NCBI RefSeq assembly: GCF_044704955.1 | Contig: NW_027251843.1 | Span: forward strand, 434,001 to 498,000 | Direction: 5' to 3' | Length of the DNA stretch: 64,000 nt | Source of the DNA: Pristiophorus japonicus | Taxonomy: Eukaryota | Translations under genes and position numbers: made by a program | Notes under the pieces: generated by a model | Seen by the model: only the letters and a program-made list of their open reading frames with translations | The model's database searches: none | Told to the model about the DNA's origin: nothing | Shown here: positions 49,796 through 62,913 of the stretch, piece by piece | Layout of the letters: every line of letters starts with the position of its first letter | Numbering within the stretch: the stretch's first letter is position 1

Positions 49796-52700
49796 GGGCT
49801 AGACTTTCCACTTTACATCGCTGGGCTAGTGCCCATATATTGCCCAAAAAGGCCTGCTATTGCCCATTTTGACTCAAAAGTGGAAAGTTGGGCTGTCACA
49901 TCCCAGAGAATTATCCCCCCAAATTTTGGCTCACATCACCGAGGTGATCGCCCGCACATTGCCCAGCCCAACTTCCGGCACATCGCCGGGCTGATCGCTC
50001 ACCGAGGACATTGCTGGAGAATAGTTGTTATTGCCTGGCCTTCCTCACAGAGCTTGGCACTGTGGATGCCATTTTGAACGTCGCAGGAAGCGAGGAGGCT
50101 GCTTAAACAGGGGCTTAGATAGTTTGTGAATTATTTAAGGGCCTTTTAAAGATAGATCCACTCACAATTAGACATGTTATTGTATTTATATTCATAAGTG
50201 ACATTTCATCCTTACTGGATCCGGCCTGGCCATTGTTTTACAACAGTTGCATTCATGTTTTACAAAAATTTACGTTATTAGAAGACAATGCACAACAATT
50301 GTAAAGTGAAATAAAATTGTTTTAATAAAATAATAACTCTTGAATGTTATTTTTAAATTACAAACTCAAAAGCACCCCCCTCTCCCACCCACACCCCAAC
50401 AGTGAAACAACAATGAAAATACCAACAATGAACAATGTGAACAATATGTACAATATAAAACACATTGCACCCCCTCCCTACCTGTGGCCACGTTTCCCCC
50501 AGATCCTGCACCAAGCGTCTCCTTACCTCACCCACACGTTTTGGTCCCCGGGTATTGCTATGAAGCCGGTGTGCAGTGGGCTACGGCAAGACTTCTTGCC
50601 ACGGTGAGGGATGTGGTGTCACGATCACCTGTTGGAGGGCTGTTGGAGGGGAGGACAAAACAGGGAGATGGACTTCCGAGTCAGGAGGAGGTGCATCCTC
50701 CGGACCCGCCTGTGTGCCGGTGCTTGTGGTCACGGGAGCTCGGGCTGCAGTGCTGTGTGCCACCAAGAACGCATGCCGCAATGCATGGGAGGAGGCGGAG
50801 ATTTCATGCATCTCATGGATCAGCTGCTGCATCGCTTCCGCTTGGCGAGCAGACACCCGGGAGAATTCATCCTGAACCCCACAAACACCTGGAGCTGCTC
50901 ACGCTGGATCATGACAGACTCCTCACACATTCGTTGCCAGGCTGTCGATGCAATCGTCCAGGGTAAGCCTTTGCTTAAGCCCCTGACAGCACCAATGTGC
51001 GGCTTGGTGTCGCCAACTCGTTGCCGCTTGTTGCTGCTACCTCTTCAGTGAGAATCATCGTCATGGCCGCAGGTTCACCAGACAGAGGGATGCAAGGGGC
51101 ATCCTCCTCTGTCTCCAAGTATTCCTCCTCCTCGGGCTTGGTGGTCTCCTCCTCTTCACCACCCGTGGTGAGTGACATAGGCAGTGGGGTAGGTGAGTGA
51201 TGTGCAGTGGGGTAGGTGAGTGACACATGCAGTGGGGTAGGTGAGTGATGTGCAGCGGGGTAGGTGAGTGACACATGCCGTGGGGTAGGTGAGTAATGAG
51301 CAGTGGGGTAGATGAGTGACAGATGCAGTGGGGTAGATGAGTGACACATGCAGTGGGGTAGGTGTGACATGCTGTGGGGAAGGTGAGTGACACATTCAGT
51401 GGGGTAGGTGAGTGACACATTCAGTGGGGTAGGTGAGTGACATGCTGTGGGGTAGGTGAGTGACATGCTGTGGGGTAGGTGAGTGACACATTCAGTGGGG
51501 TAGGTGAGTGACGTGCTGTGGGGTAGGTGAGTGACACATGCAGTGGGGTAGGTGAGTGACACATGCAGTGGGGTAGGTGAGGGACACATGCAGTGGGGTA
51601 GGTGAGTGACACATGCAGTGGGGTAGGTGAGGGACACATGCAGTGGGGTAGGTGAGTGACACATGCTGTGGGGTAGGTGAGGGACACATGCAGTGGGGTA
51701 GGTGAGTGACACATGCAGTGGGGTAGGTGAGTGACGTGCTGTGGGGTAGGTGAGTGACACATGCAGTGGGGTAGGTGAGGGACACATGCAGTGGGGTAGG
51801 TGAGTGACACATGCTGTGGGGTAGGTGAGGGACACATGCAGTGGGGTAGGTGAGTGACACATGCAGTGGGGTAGGTGAGTGACGTGCTGTGGGGTAGGTG
51901 AGTGACACATGCAGTGGGGTAGGTGAGTGACACATGCAGTGGGGTAGGTGAGTGATGTGCAGTGGGGTAGGTGAGTGACGTGCTGTGGGGTATGTGAGTG
52001 ACACATGCAGTGGGGTAGGTGAGTGACACATGCAGTGGGGCAGGTGCATGTGAGGGTGTGCCTCCACTGGCGCCTCTGGAGCTGGGAGACCTGCAACACA
52101 CAATTGAGTTTATTGGAACAGAAGGGATTGCTGCACCGCGCTGGCATACATTGGAGGAACAGCACTACTGCAATAAATGTGAGCGAGAGACGTTACATAT
52201 TAATGCATCATATGGTAGTACATATGGTGGTACATCTATGTGGAACTCACTGCGCCAGAGAGTTGTGGTGGTTGGATCTGTCACAGATAGACAGAATGAT
52301 AAGGGAGTGAGGGTTTATGGGGTGTGGACAGAGAAGGAGACCGATGGCCAGATGGCCTGCTCTTATGTTCTTATGTTTTCGACCTCAGAGTAGCACAGAG
52401 GCCGCATGCATAACATGACATCATTTGTCTATTCTATTATAATGAGATGATGTAACATTACTAAAGCCCTGCTTGAAACATTACTCACGTGACACATGGG
52501 AGGGTCCGGCAACACTACGGGTGGTGAACGTGTGACTGTGGGCCCCCACTAGTGCTGTAGCACGTTCCTCAAGGCCAGTAATTGTCTGTATTACAGCAGG
52601 GCCTCGTCCGGTGCACCTCTGCAGCACCCGATTATGAGATATCTTCCTTGTCAAATGTGAAAAGAGCATGGCATAAGTTACTTGACTAGGTTATATCATT

Positions 52701-53811
52701 TATAGACAACAGTTCCCAACGTTATATGCTATTAGGGTGTGTGTCCACAATTGATGCACGGTTATAACAAAGATCGGTGTGTTTAGGAGCGAATGCTTGA
52801 GGCCGACATCACTCTCGAATACAATCTACATTCAACTCGACAATGACAGTAGCTAATGTCCAAAATTGTCCAAGGCCAGACAGTGAGCAAAGGCAGCTCT
52901 CCCCCAGTCCATGCTAGGTCCCTGTGTAAGTGACAGCAGCCAGAGAGACTTAAAATGGGCACAGCTTCATAGCCACGTCCAGTTTTTAGTGGGCATGATA
53001 TATCTCATATATGTTAGAATAACAAGCTTACATTCAATCCAGGAGATTGAAAATTATAATTATAATTATACTTAGAATTTGCATCATTACAATATAAACT
53101 CATACTTACACTTGCTGAAGCACAAGGCTGTTCCAGCACTTGCGGCACTGATCAGATCCCCTGGCTTCGTGGGATGCAGACGGGATGACAGTGGCGGTCT
53201 CACTCCATATCTGACGGTACGCCCGTGGTGCTGGTTTCCCACCACGCTCTGCACCACCCCTCCCCCTCCCCTGGTCACTTGGGCCCACCGGGAGTGGACC
53301 TCTGCGACGAGCACCTCGTTGTCCTCATCCGAAAAGGGTTTGGACCTCTTCTTCCCACTCTCCACATCTCTAACACTTTCATCACTGTCAGGCATATTCG
53401 TTACCTCTCTCTCTATCTCTCTTTTCTCTCTTCTCTCTGTCTCTGGCTTTCTCCTCTCTCTATCTCGCTCTCTCTATCCTCTCTCAATATCTCTTCCCCT
53501 TCTGCGTATGTGTGGATGATCCCCGACCTCTCAAGAAGCGGGAAAACATGTCCACCAAAAAAAAAGCACGCATGCGCAGAAGCCCGTTGCAAGGGAAGCT
53601 TTTGCCTTCACCATCGCTGCACTATCGTTGGGTGATGTCACATCCCTGGGCTCTCGCTTCGCCCATTTCACATCGCTGGGCTATCACTGAGCCAAAAGTC
53701 ACGATCCAAAAAATGGGCGATGGTCCGGCGATCATAAAGGCTGAAACACCACTAAGGCTGGAACATCACCTATTTTTTGGGCCCGAGTGAACAAAGTGGA
53801 AAGTCTAGACC
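49796..53811 (-). mobile_element. Harbinger/PIF derivative with only a Myb/SANT-like gene (~53395-50480, multi-exon)
   Basis: 19-bp TIRs GGGCTAGACTTTCCACTTT / rc GGTCTAGACTTTCCACTTT; KRSKPFSDEDNEVLVAEV..QCRKCWNSL and KISHNR..TGRGP..LEERATALVG exons; no nuclease seen. Confidence 0.88.
51168..52045. repeat. 23/25-bp G-rich minisatellite (GTGAGTGACACATGCAGTGGGGTAG, ~35 units)
   Basis: Direct periodicity. Confidence 0.97.
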
Positions 53812-56792
53812 AATCTCTTCAGCTGTGACTGGCAGTTCATCAATGTATGAAAAATAGAACACTTCTTCCCTATCGGGTGTAACTTGTGATGGGGAAGGCA
53901 ATCTAGACATAGCATCAGCGTTAGTGTGATCAGCTGATCGTCAGAATTCAGTATCATATGTATATGCTGACAAAATCAAAGCCCATCTCTGCATTCAGGA
54001 TGCAGCTAATGTTGGAACTGGGGACTTTGGATGGAGGATTGCTGTCAGGGGCTTATGGTCCATAATGATGGTAAACTTACGACCATACAAGTATTTGTGG
54101 AACTTCTTGACCCCAAACATTAATGCCAAAGCTTCCCTTTTAATTTGCGCATAATTACACTCACTGGCATTGAGAGTGCGTGAAGCAAAAGCAATTGGTC
54201 TCTCCTCCCCACAATGTAGTATATGAGCGATCACTGCCCCAACTCCATATGGAGAAGCATCACATGCTAGCTTGATCTCCTTAGATACGTTATAGTGAAC
54301 TAACATGGTGCTCTCTACCAAGTTGCTTTTACACTCCTTGAATGCTGTATCACTTTATTCTGACCACTTCCAATGGACCTGGTTTTTCAATAGTTCATTC
54401 AGTGGATGTAACACTGTAGCCAAATTTGGTAGGAACTTCCCATAATAGTTCAAAAGACCCAAAAATGATCAAAGTTCAGTGACATTCTTGGGAGTGGGTG
54501 CATTCTTGATTGCATCCAGCTTTCCTTTAGTTGGATATAAACCATCTTGGTCTACTCTGTACCCTAAGTACTCCACGGAGTTTTGAAATAACTCACACTT
54601 GCGAGCAGACACTCATACTCTGTGCTTCTCTAGCCGTTTGATGACTTCATTCAATATGTTATTATGAATTTTCCTATTTGGTTCAAAAATTAGTATGTCA
54701 TCTAAATAACATACTACCCCTTCAATACTTTGCAAAATCTGGTTCATCACCCCTTGGAATATGACACTCCAAATGGTAGCCTATTAAATTGATATAGGCC
54801 TAGTGTTTATTGTCAAACATGACTTGGACTCCTCACCTAGTTCAAGTTGTAAGTAGGCATTTGTAAGATCCAACTTTGAGAAGATCTGACCACCTGTCAG
54901 TGTTGTGAACAAATCTTCTACATTTGGCAATGTATTGGGGATATTACCCTCTAGAACCTATAGAACCTAGTGTACGGTTATTTTATAATCACCACACAAT
55001 CTTACCTTGCCATCGGACTTAGGTACAACAACAATGGTGTAGACCAATTACATCGATCAATCTTACAAATAATGTTCTCAGTCTCTAGTCTTTTGAGTTC
55101 TTGCTCAACTTTCTACTTGAGTGCTTATGGTACGGGACATGGCTTGCAGTAAACCGATCTAGCGTCCTTCTGTACCCTGACACTCGCCTTGAAGCCTTGG
55201 ATCGGACTGCCTGTTTCGCAGAACACCTTCGGATAATTCTTGATAACATCAGCCTTTGATGCAAATCTCGTTTCAACACGAAAACTCTCTCTTCAATCCA
55301 GCTTCAGTGACCCCAACCAATTTCTTCCTAGTAAGGCAGGCTTGTCTCCTGCCACTACTAATAGTTGCAAGCTCTGAATTGATCCTTGTATGTCACCGGG
55401 ACAGTGATAAGACCTACCACAGGAATGTTCTCTCCCAAATAGCCTCGCAGCTCTATCTTGGATTTCTCCAATGGGAAATCACGCAATTTGTCGATGTATA
55501 GCGACTCTGGTACTACACTCACGGATGCCCCAGTGTCGATTTCCATGGGTATCTTGGTTCCTGCAACATCTATGTGGATTATGATACTTTTCGAATTGCT
55601 GTTAGTTAACCTCGTGCTCCTGATAACGTGTAGCTCTAAATCCTCCTCATCCTGTTGTTTTTCTTGCATTCTATGTAATCTTTGGGGATTTCTACTTATA
55701 GCTTTGAAAGCTAGTTTACCCTTCAGTCGGCATGCCTTCGCAAGATGCCCAGTTTTCCTGCAGATGAAACCCTCTGCCTTCACATATGGACAACTTTGAG
55801 CAATATGTTGTCCCAGGCACCGATAGCAAGACTTCAATGCTCTGTTACCATTGGCAGTTTCTGAGACCTTGGGGCCCAACTGCCTTTTACTTTTAACCTG
55901 CAGGCGATTCACCTCGGTTATCCGACGACTGGAAATAGTATCGGGAATATTGGTCAGCCATATTCATTGACGTAGCTGTCTGACAAGCTAAATCAAAAGT
56001 CAAGTTAGGCGTTGTCAATAACTTTCTTCTGAACACATCATTGTTCATCTCACAAACAAAGCGGTCATGCAATGCTCGGTCCTGAAAGTTTCCAACATTA
56101 CAGTGAATAGATAGCCCTTTTAATGCTACATTGTACTCACTGATATTTTCTTCGGTTAACTGATCCCGTAATCCGAAACGATAACTTTCAGCAATTTCCT
56201 TAAGCAGACTGTAGTGCTGAATCTGCTTACGAGTTGTGTCCTTTGGCTTGACAGTCACTGGACATTTTTTTAGGGTTTCATACACCTTGGGCCCTGCTTC
56301 AGTTAAGACAATCGCCCGTTGTTTTTCCAACACCACCCGGTTGTGGTTTTCATCATTGGGGACATCGATGAAATTATTTGCAGTGAAAAACATTTCTAGC
56401 CGCTCCACATATGCTCCGAAACTTTCACGGTCACATTGAAACTCCCCCAAATACCCTATTATTCCCATAGGCGTGGCCATCTGGACTCTGGCAGTTCAAA
56501 TAAGTGTGCTTGTAATATACCTCAGATTTGTAGCTGTTAATCAAAACAGAGAAGCTCTCAAAGTCTCTCTGTCGGTTGGCTGAATCATCCATCAACAAAA
56601 ATTGCAGCTTTTTTTCTGATTATCCCATTCTCATCAACATTATTATATCTTCAGTACAACTCATAAACACACACACAACCTTAAGTAGGCAAACACTCTG
56701 GAATTCTAGTTCGGTGACCAGTTCCCTCTTTATTTTTGCACAGCACTGGCTGCAGTGCCACAGAAGACCACCGGATGGAGCTATATATATTC

Positions 56793-57345
56793 CTCATAGA
56801 CAGTGCCTCGGAATCGCGGAAGACTTGCTTCAACTCTTAAAATGAGTCATTAGGTGGCTGAACAGTCCAATACGAGAGCCACATTAACTGTCACAGGTGG
56901 AACAGATAGTCGTTGAGGGAAGGGGTGGGTGGGATTGGTTTGCCACACGCTATTTCCGTTGTCTGCGCTTGGTTTCTGCATGCTCTCGGCGTTGAGACTC
57001 GAGGTGCTCAGTGCCCTCCCGGATGCACTTATTCCACTTAAGGTGGACTTTGGCCAGGGACTCCCAGGTGTCAGTGGGGATGTCGCACTTTATCAGGGAG
57101 GCTTTGAGCATGTCCTTGTAACGTTTCCATTGCCCACCTTTGGCTTGTTTGCCGTGGAGGAGCAACGAGTGGAGCACTTCCTTTGGGAGTCTCGTGGCGA
57201 GCATGCGAGCTATGTGGCCTGCCCAGCAGAGCTGATCGAGTGAGGTCAGTGCTTCAATACTAGGGATGTTAGCCTGGACAAGTACATGGTCCATGCCTCT
57301 GAGCCATACGGGAGGGCGGGTATTATTACAGCCCTGTAGACCATG
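56793..57345 (-). mobile_element. RTE LINE 3' fragment
   Basis: Homologous to 7973-8620. Confidence 0.9.
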
Positions 57346-57390
57346 ATATATTATACTGATATATTACTCTATTTATTACACAATATTACA

Positions 57391-57607
57391 ATAATATATA
57401 ATAATGGACACAAGTGCCACCTCCTATACTGACTCACCCCACAGTTATATATAATATATAATAATGGACACACAGCCCCACCTCCTGTACTGACTCACCC
57501 CACAGTTATATATAATATATAATAATGGACACAAGTGCCACCTCCTGTACTGACTCACCCCACAGTTATATATAATATATAATAATGGACACACAGCCCC
57601 ACCTCCT
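57391..57607. repeat. 60/61-bp tandem repeat in alternating A/B form, with TGACTCA in each full unit
   Basis: Units start at 57391, 57451 and ~57512; CAAGTGCCAC alternates with CACAGCCCCA. Confidence 0.9.
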
Positions 57608-58709
57608 GATGTCACAACCACTTCCTCATGACATCATTAAACAGTTTCAATCCCCGACTCATGAAAATCCCAATTTGGAGCAATGCTGCTGGAAATGTCT
57701 GTGGGACATTCCCATTTCTATACCTTTTGCCACAAGGACTTTGAGAGTCTGTGGTGTGGAGGGTTGTCTATTAGGAATAACCAGCTGCTCAATCCAACAT
57801 GGCTGCCCAGGGTTGTGAACGTTGCCTTGTCCGTATGGTCTGTATCTCAGGTCTGGGCCTTCACCCCCAACACCCACCTTAAACTGATACACACAACGGG
57901 CAGGACTTATATGGGCACATGACCCCCGCGGGACACATCACCACTGAGGGGTCATGTCCCCTGGCCTCACAATGGAAACCATGGCAACAAAGAAACCGCA
58001 GGGGTGGACCAATCACAGCAAAGTGTTACGACTGTGCATTTGTGCCTGAGAGAGCAACAAGGAGAGAGCTTCAATCTATTTAACCCTTCGATCCCTGGCT
58101 GCCATCTGAAAACTAAGCCCGAGTTGGCAGAGGCGGTGACTACATTATTCCCGCTGTTATTCTGCGCCCTGCTCATTCATCTCAACCCCTGTGTTAATGT
58201 TTCTCTGCTCAATGGTACTGCTCCCCACGGCAAATCCAACCAGAGAGATTTCTCAGCTGGCTGTGAAACATGGAGAAGCAGAGATGGGCATGAACTGTGT
58301 GGGGGCACTAAAGGACCCACTGGCTCCGACCAATAATAAAACAGTCAGTAAGGACACGGTGAAAAGGGGGGATGGGACCAGATGATGGACCTGGGCAAGT
58401 CCGACAAGGAGGCTGTCCTGCCGGCCAGAGCAATGGTGAAATATACTGGACTCAGCCTGCCTGGCATTGTGGAAGGGCAGGCAGCTCCGATCCTTACCGT
58501 CCCAGACTGTCAGCCAATCACCGTGGCTTCATCCTTCGGAGAGCTGTTCAAATCTCCACGGGTTTCACAGCTGCAGCTCACAGACACGCTGGTGAGCAGA
58601 TTGTTGGGGTGTTTGCTCTACACTTGACCAGTTTCTGTGTGTCACGGGACTGGGCAACATTACAATTGGAGCCCATTACTGGTCTCATAAAGTGACGGGC
58701 ACATTGATT

Positions 58710-59412
58710 AGTCTGAGCTTTCGACCACACATCCGCAGCATAACTAAGACCATCTATTTCCATCTCCACAACATCACGTGTCCCCGCACTTGCCTCAGCT
58801 CATCCGCTGCTGAAACCCTCATCCATGCCTTTGTTACCTCTGGATTCAATTATTCCCACACACTCCTGGCTGGTCTCCCACATTCTATCCTATGTAATCT
58901 AGAGGTGATCGAAAACTCGGCTGCCTGAATCCTAACTCGCACCATGTCCCGCTCACCCATCACCCCTGTTCTCGCTGACCTACATTGGCTGCTGGTAAAG
59001 CAACGCCTCGATTTCAAAATTCTCACCCTGATTTTCACACCCCTCCATGGCCTCGCCCCTCCTTATCTCTATAATCTCCTCCAGCCCCACAACCCCTCGA
59101 GATATCTGCGCTCCTCTAATTCGCCCTCCTGAGCATCCCTGATTATAATCGCTCAACCATTGGTGGCCATGCCTTCTGTTGCCTGGACCCCAAGCTCTGG
59201 AACTCCCTCTCTAAACCTCTCCCACCTCGCCACCTCTCTTTCCTCCTTCAAGACACTCCTTAAAACCTACCTCTTTGACCAAGCTTTTGGTCACCTGCGC
59301 TAATTTCTACATATGCAGCTCGGTGTAACATTTGTATCCCATAATACTCCTGTGAAGCGCCTTGAGGTGTTTCACTACGTTAAAGGCGCTATATAAATAC
59401 AAGTTGTTGTTG
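58710..59412 (+). mobile_element. L2-clade LINE 3' end
   Basis: Homologous to 48940-49500; LHWLLVKQRLDFKIL; (GTT)n tail. Confidence 0.9.
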
Positions 59413-59854
59413 TTGTGGGGGAACAAGGAGAACCAGAAGGAGGCGCTGTCGAGCCTCTCCAAGAACATAATCCATTTAAGAGCAGACACTATCCAACTGT
59501 TTGTAGACAAAACCCACGCAAGGATCAAACGGCTCTGCGATGCCGTGCGATAAAGTGCGGGCTGAAGCGCTCAGTGTGCTGGGGAACTTGGCCATGGGGG
59601 GAATCGGAAGGTCCAGGTTTTGCTGTACATGGATGGAAACAGTGAGCAGGTCACCAGGTCCTGTCGTTCAACACTGCGCTCGGTATTCCCACGTATTGGA
59701 TCTGCAAAGGCTTCCTCAGTAACTGAGAATGATCCAGGGGAACCCAATAGGGGCTACATGGACTTCCTCAGTAACTGAGACTGATCCAGGGGAACTAACA
59801 GGGGCTACATGGACTTCCTCAGTAACTGGGAATGATCCAAGGGAATCCAACAAG

Positions 59855-61790
59855 ATCATACCATCATTGTCCCCGGGGAGCGGGGGGAGAGGAGTGGGAG
59901 TGGTGAGGAAAATACCATTATTGCCCCCCGGGGGGGGGGGGAGAGGAGAAGTTGTAGTGAGGACCTTACCATTATCGTCCCTGGGGTGGGGGAGAGAGAG
60001 AGGTTAGAAACATACTATTATTGTCCCGGGGGTGGCGGGGAAAGGGGGAGTGTGCGGAGAGGTGAGGAACATACCACTATTGTCCCGGGTGGTGGGGGGA
60101 GAGGGAGAGGGGCTTGACTTATGAGGAAAGGTTGAGTAGGTTGGTCCACTACTCATTGAAATTCAGAAGAATGAGAGGTGATCTTATAGAAATGTATAAG
60201 ATTATGAGGGGGCTTGACAAGGTGGATGCAGAGAGGATGTTTCCTCTGATGGGGGAGACTAGAACCAGAGGGCATGATCTTAGAATTAGGGGCCGCCCAT
60301 TTAAAACTGAGATGAGGAGAAATTTCTTCTCTCAGAGGGTTGTAAATCTGTGGAATTCACTGCCTCAGAGAGCTGTGGAAGCTGGGACATTGAATAAATT
60401 TTAGACAGAAATAGATAGTTTCTTAACCAATAAGGGTTATGGGGAGCGGGCAGGGAAGTGGACCTGAGTTCATGATCGGATCAGCCATGATTGTATTAAA
60501 TGGTGGAGCAGGCTTGAGGGGCCGTATGGCCTATTCCTGCTCCTATTTCTTATGTTCTCTATTATCCCTTGGCGGGGAGAGGAGAGGGACCGAGGAGGAA
60601 TATACAATTATTTTCCCGGGTGGGGGGAGGAGGTGGAGAGGGTGAAGTGAGGAACATACCATTATTGTCCACAGTGGGGAGGTGAGGTGAAGAATATACC
60701 ATTATTATCCCCAGTGGGGGAGAGGAGAGCGAGTTGAGGAATATACCATTATTGTACCAAGGGGGGAACGAGCGAGCGGAGAGGAGTGGATCATACCATT
60801 ATTGACCCAGTAGGGGAGAGTTGAGGTGAAGAACATACTATTATTGTCCCCGGGGCAGGGGGAGGGGGGTGAGAAGAGAGGGAGAGATGAGGACCATACC
60901 ATAATTGACCCAGTAGTGGAGAGTTGAGGTGAGGAACATACCATTATTGTCCCCGGGTAAGCGGGGGGGGGAGGAGAGGAGAGGGAGAAGTGAGGAACAT
61001 ACCATTATTGTCCGCAGGGAGTGAGAGGAGAGAAACATACTATTATTGTCCCGGGGGGTGAGGAGAGGTGAGGAACATACCATTATTGTCCCCGGGTGGT
61101 GTGGGGAGAGGGAGCGGGGGTTGACTTATGAGGAAAGGTTGAGGAGGTTGGGCCTCTACTCATTGGAATTCAGAAGAATGAGAGGTGATCTTATCGAAAC
61201 GTATAAGATTATGAGGGGACTTGACAAGGTGGATGCAGTGAGGATGTTTCCTCTGATAGTGGAGACTGGAACCAGAGAGCATGATCTTAGAATTAGGGGC
61301 CGCCCATTTAAAACTGAGATGAGGAGAAATTTCTTCTCTCAGAGGGTTGTAAATCTGCGGAATTCACTGCCTCAGAGAGCTGTGGAAGCTGGGTCACTGA
61401 ATAAATTTTAGTCAGAAATAGACAGTTTCGTAACCGATAAGGGTTTATGGAGGGCGGGCAGGGAAGTGGACCTGAGTCCATGATCGGATCAGCCATGATC
61501 GTATTAAATGGCGGAGCAGGCACAAGGGGCCATATGGCCTACTCCTGCTCCGATATCTTATGTTCTCTATTATCCCCCAGCGGGGAGAGGAGAGGGAGCG
61601 GTGAGGAATATACAATTATTTTCCCGGGGGCCGGAGAGGGTGAAGTGAGGAACCTACCATTATTGTCCCCGGAGGGACGAGGAGAGCAGAGGAACATACC
61701 ATTTTTGTGCCTGGGTCGGGGGGGAGGGAGGGAGAGGTGCGGAACATACCATTATTGTCCTCGGCGGGTGGAGTAGAGAGGTGAGGAATT
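59855..61790. repeat. Loose purine-rich repeat (GAGGAACATACCATTATTGTCCC + G/A spacer) containing two copies of one CR1 3' fragment (~60112-60560, ~61119-61568)
   Basis: Recurrent motif; both CR1 pieces share the same 5' truncation point and 3' flank. Confidence 0.88.
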
Positions 61791-62880
61791 GTAGCACCAG
61801 CTTTCTGGCCATTTCTATCAACAATAATTTAAATCCTTAAATCCAAATCCCCAAGAAAGAACTGTCCTGTTTGGCGAGCTTGTGGGGGTGACACTGAGGT
61901 GCATTCATATATAACTGGACATTTCACACTGACAGGCTGGGTGGCAGGGAACCCAGGCCCATTGATGTCATCACCATCTAAAGTGATTCCTGGGACCAAT
62001 ACCCCGAGAGGTAATTCAGAGACACTGTGCCTTCGCATTATTAAAGCACAGTCACGACTCAGTCCCAACCCAAACTGGTCCAAGGCAGGAAATGGCCGGC
62101 CCATTGACTTCCAGGAGATAAGCTGGTTAAGCAAGATCGGTTTGTGATCGAAACCCATTACCTGCTAATGGGGGCCATCAACTCAGGAAACGATAGACAT
62201 CCAGTAATCAGCACCCATTGTCTCTCCAGACGCAAGGCCTGGAGCGGGAAAACAAAATATCATTTTTCACAAAGATTTCAAAGGCTACGGGGGGAGGGGG
62301 CCCAGACAGATCACCGGAGTCAATCCATCGGTCAGTATTGGTGGGAGGAAAGGAGATGGGTTTTGGGGATATAAGGAGCCGCTTTGCAACAAGCTCCAGC
62401 TCAGGAGGAAGAAAGCTCAGGAAAAAGCTCAGGAAAAAAGCTCAGGAAAAATCCCAAGAAAAAGCTCGGAAAAATGCTCAGGAAAAAGCTCAGGAAAAAG
62501 CCCAGGAAAAAGCCCAGGAGCGAGACGTTCAGGAAGAAGCTGCAAGCAAGACAGCGGGCAATCAGGGTGAGCATATTGCCTGCGCCTACACATCCACAAG
62601 ACCACTTAGCTGTGTGAGGGGGTGATTGTAAGTCCCAACCAAACCCAAGGGGTTTAGTGCTGCGGGGGTCCTGTGTTAGTTTATTTCATGGGAGCGCTCT
62701 TTTATTAAGCCGTGGTAACTTAGCACGGCAGGGCTTATTGGACAGGCCAGGATTGTTTTGCACTGTTTATGAGTTAATCTTATTAAACACAATAGAGTTG
62801 AGCCTGAAAAACATGTGTCCGAGTTGGATCTGTCCATATTACCCGTATCGTCCAGAACTAGCAGTAAGAGGTGCATATTA
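61790..62880. mobile_element. Probable solo LTR-like element
   Basis: Begins TGTAGCACC, ends near GGTGCATA; internal 12-bp AGCTCAGGAAAA repeats; no coding similarity recognised. Confidence 0.35.
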
Positions 62881-62913
62881 GGTACGCCCGAGAAAAACAT
62901 CGACAGGTATCCC

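Larger units (their letters stand above)
53812..57642 (-). mobile_element. Degenerate Gypsy element (gag-pro-RT-RNase H; 5' LTR region ~56641-57642 split by an RTE)
   Basis: YVERLEMFF gag; CYRCLGQH / CRKTGHLAKAC; IDTGAS; ACDASPYGVGAVI..ERPIAFASRTL RNase H; decayed tRNA-Ser-like PBS ~56623-56640. Confidence 0.88.

Noticed and set aside
53077-53084. Octamer ATTTGCAT (also ATGCAAAT at ~39859 and ~55259) as a V promoter
   Set aside because: All lie inside TEs with no TATA or leader exon downstream
57650-58700. Short ORFs with protein-like composition
   Set aside because: No family I can recognise and no clear splice structure; probably a decayed TE; needs a BLASTx search
59420-59600. Possible Tx1/L1 ORF2 C-terminal remnant (KEAL...HARIK...DAVR)
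   Set aside because: Similarity too weak to support as a feature without a search
59855-61790. Repeat-spacer pattern resembling a CRISPR array
   Set aside because: Eukaryotic context, degenerate repeats, low-complexity related spacers, no cas genes
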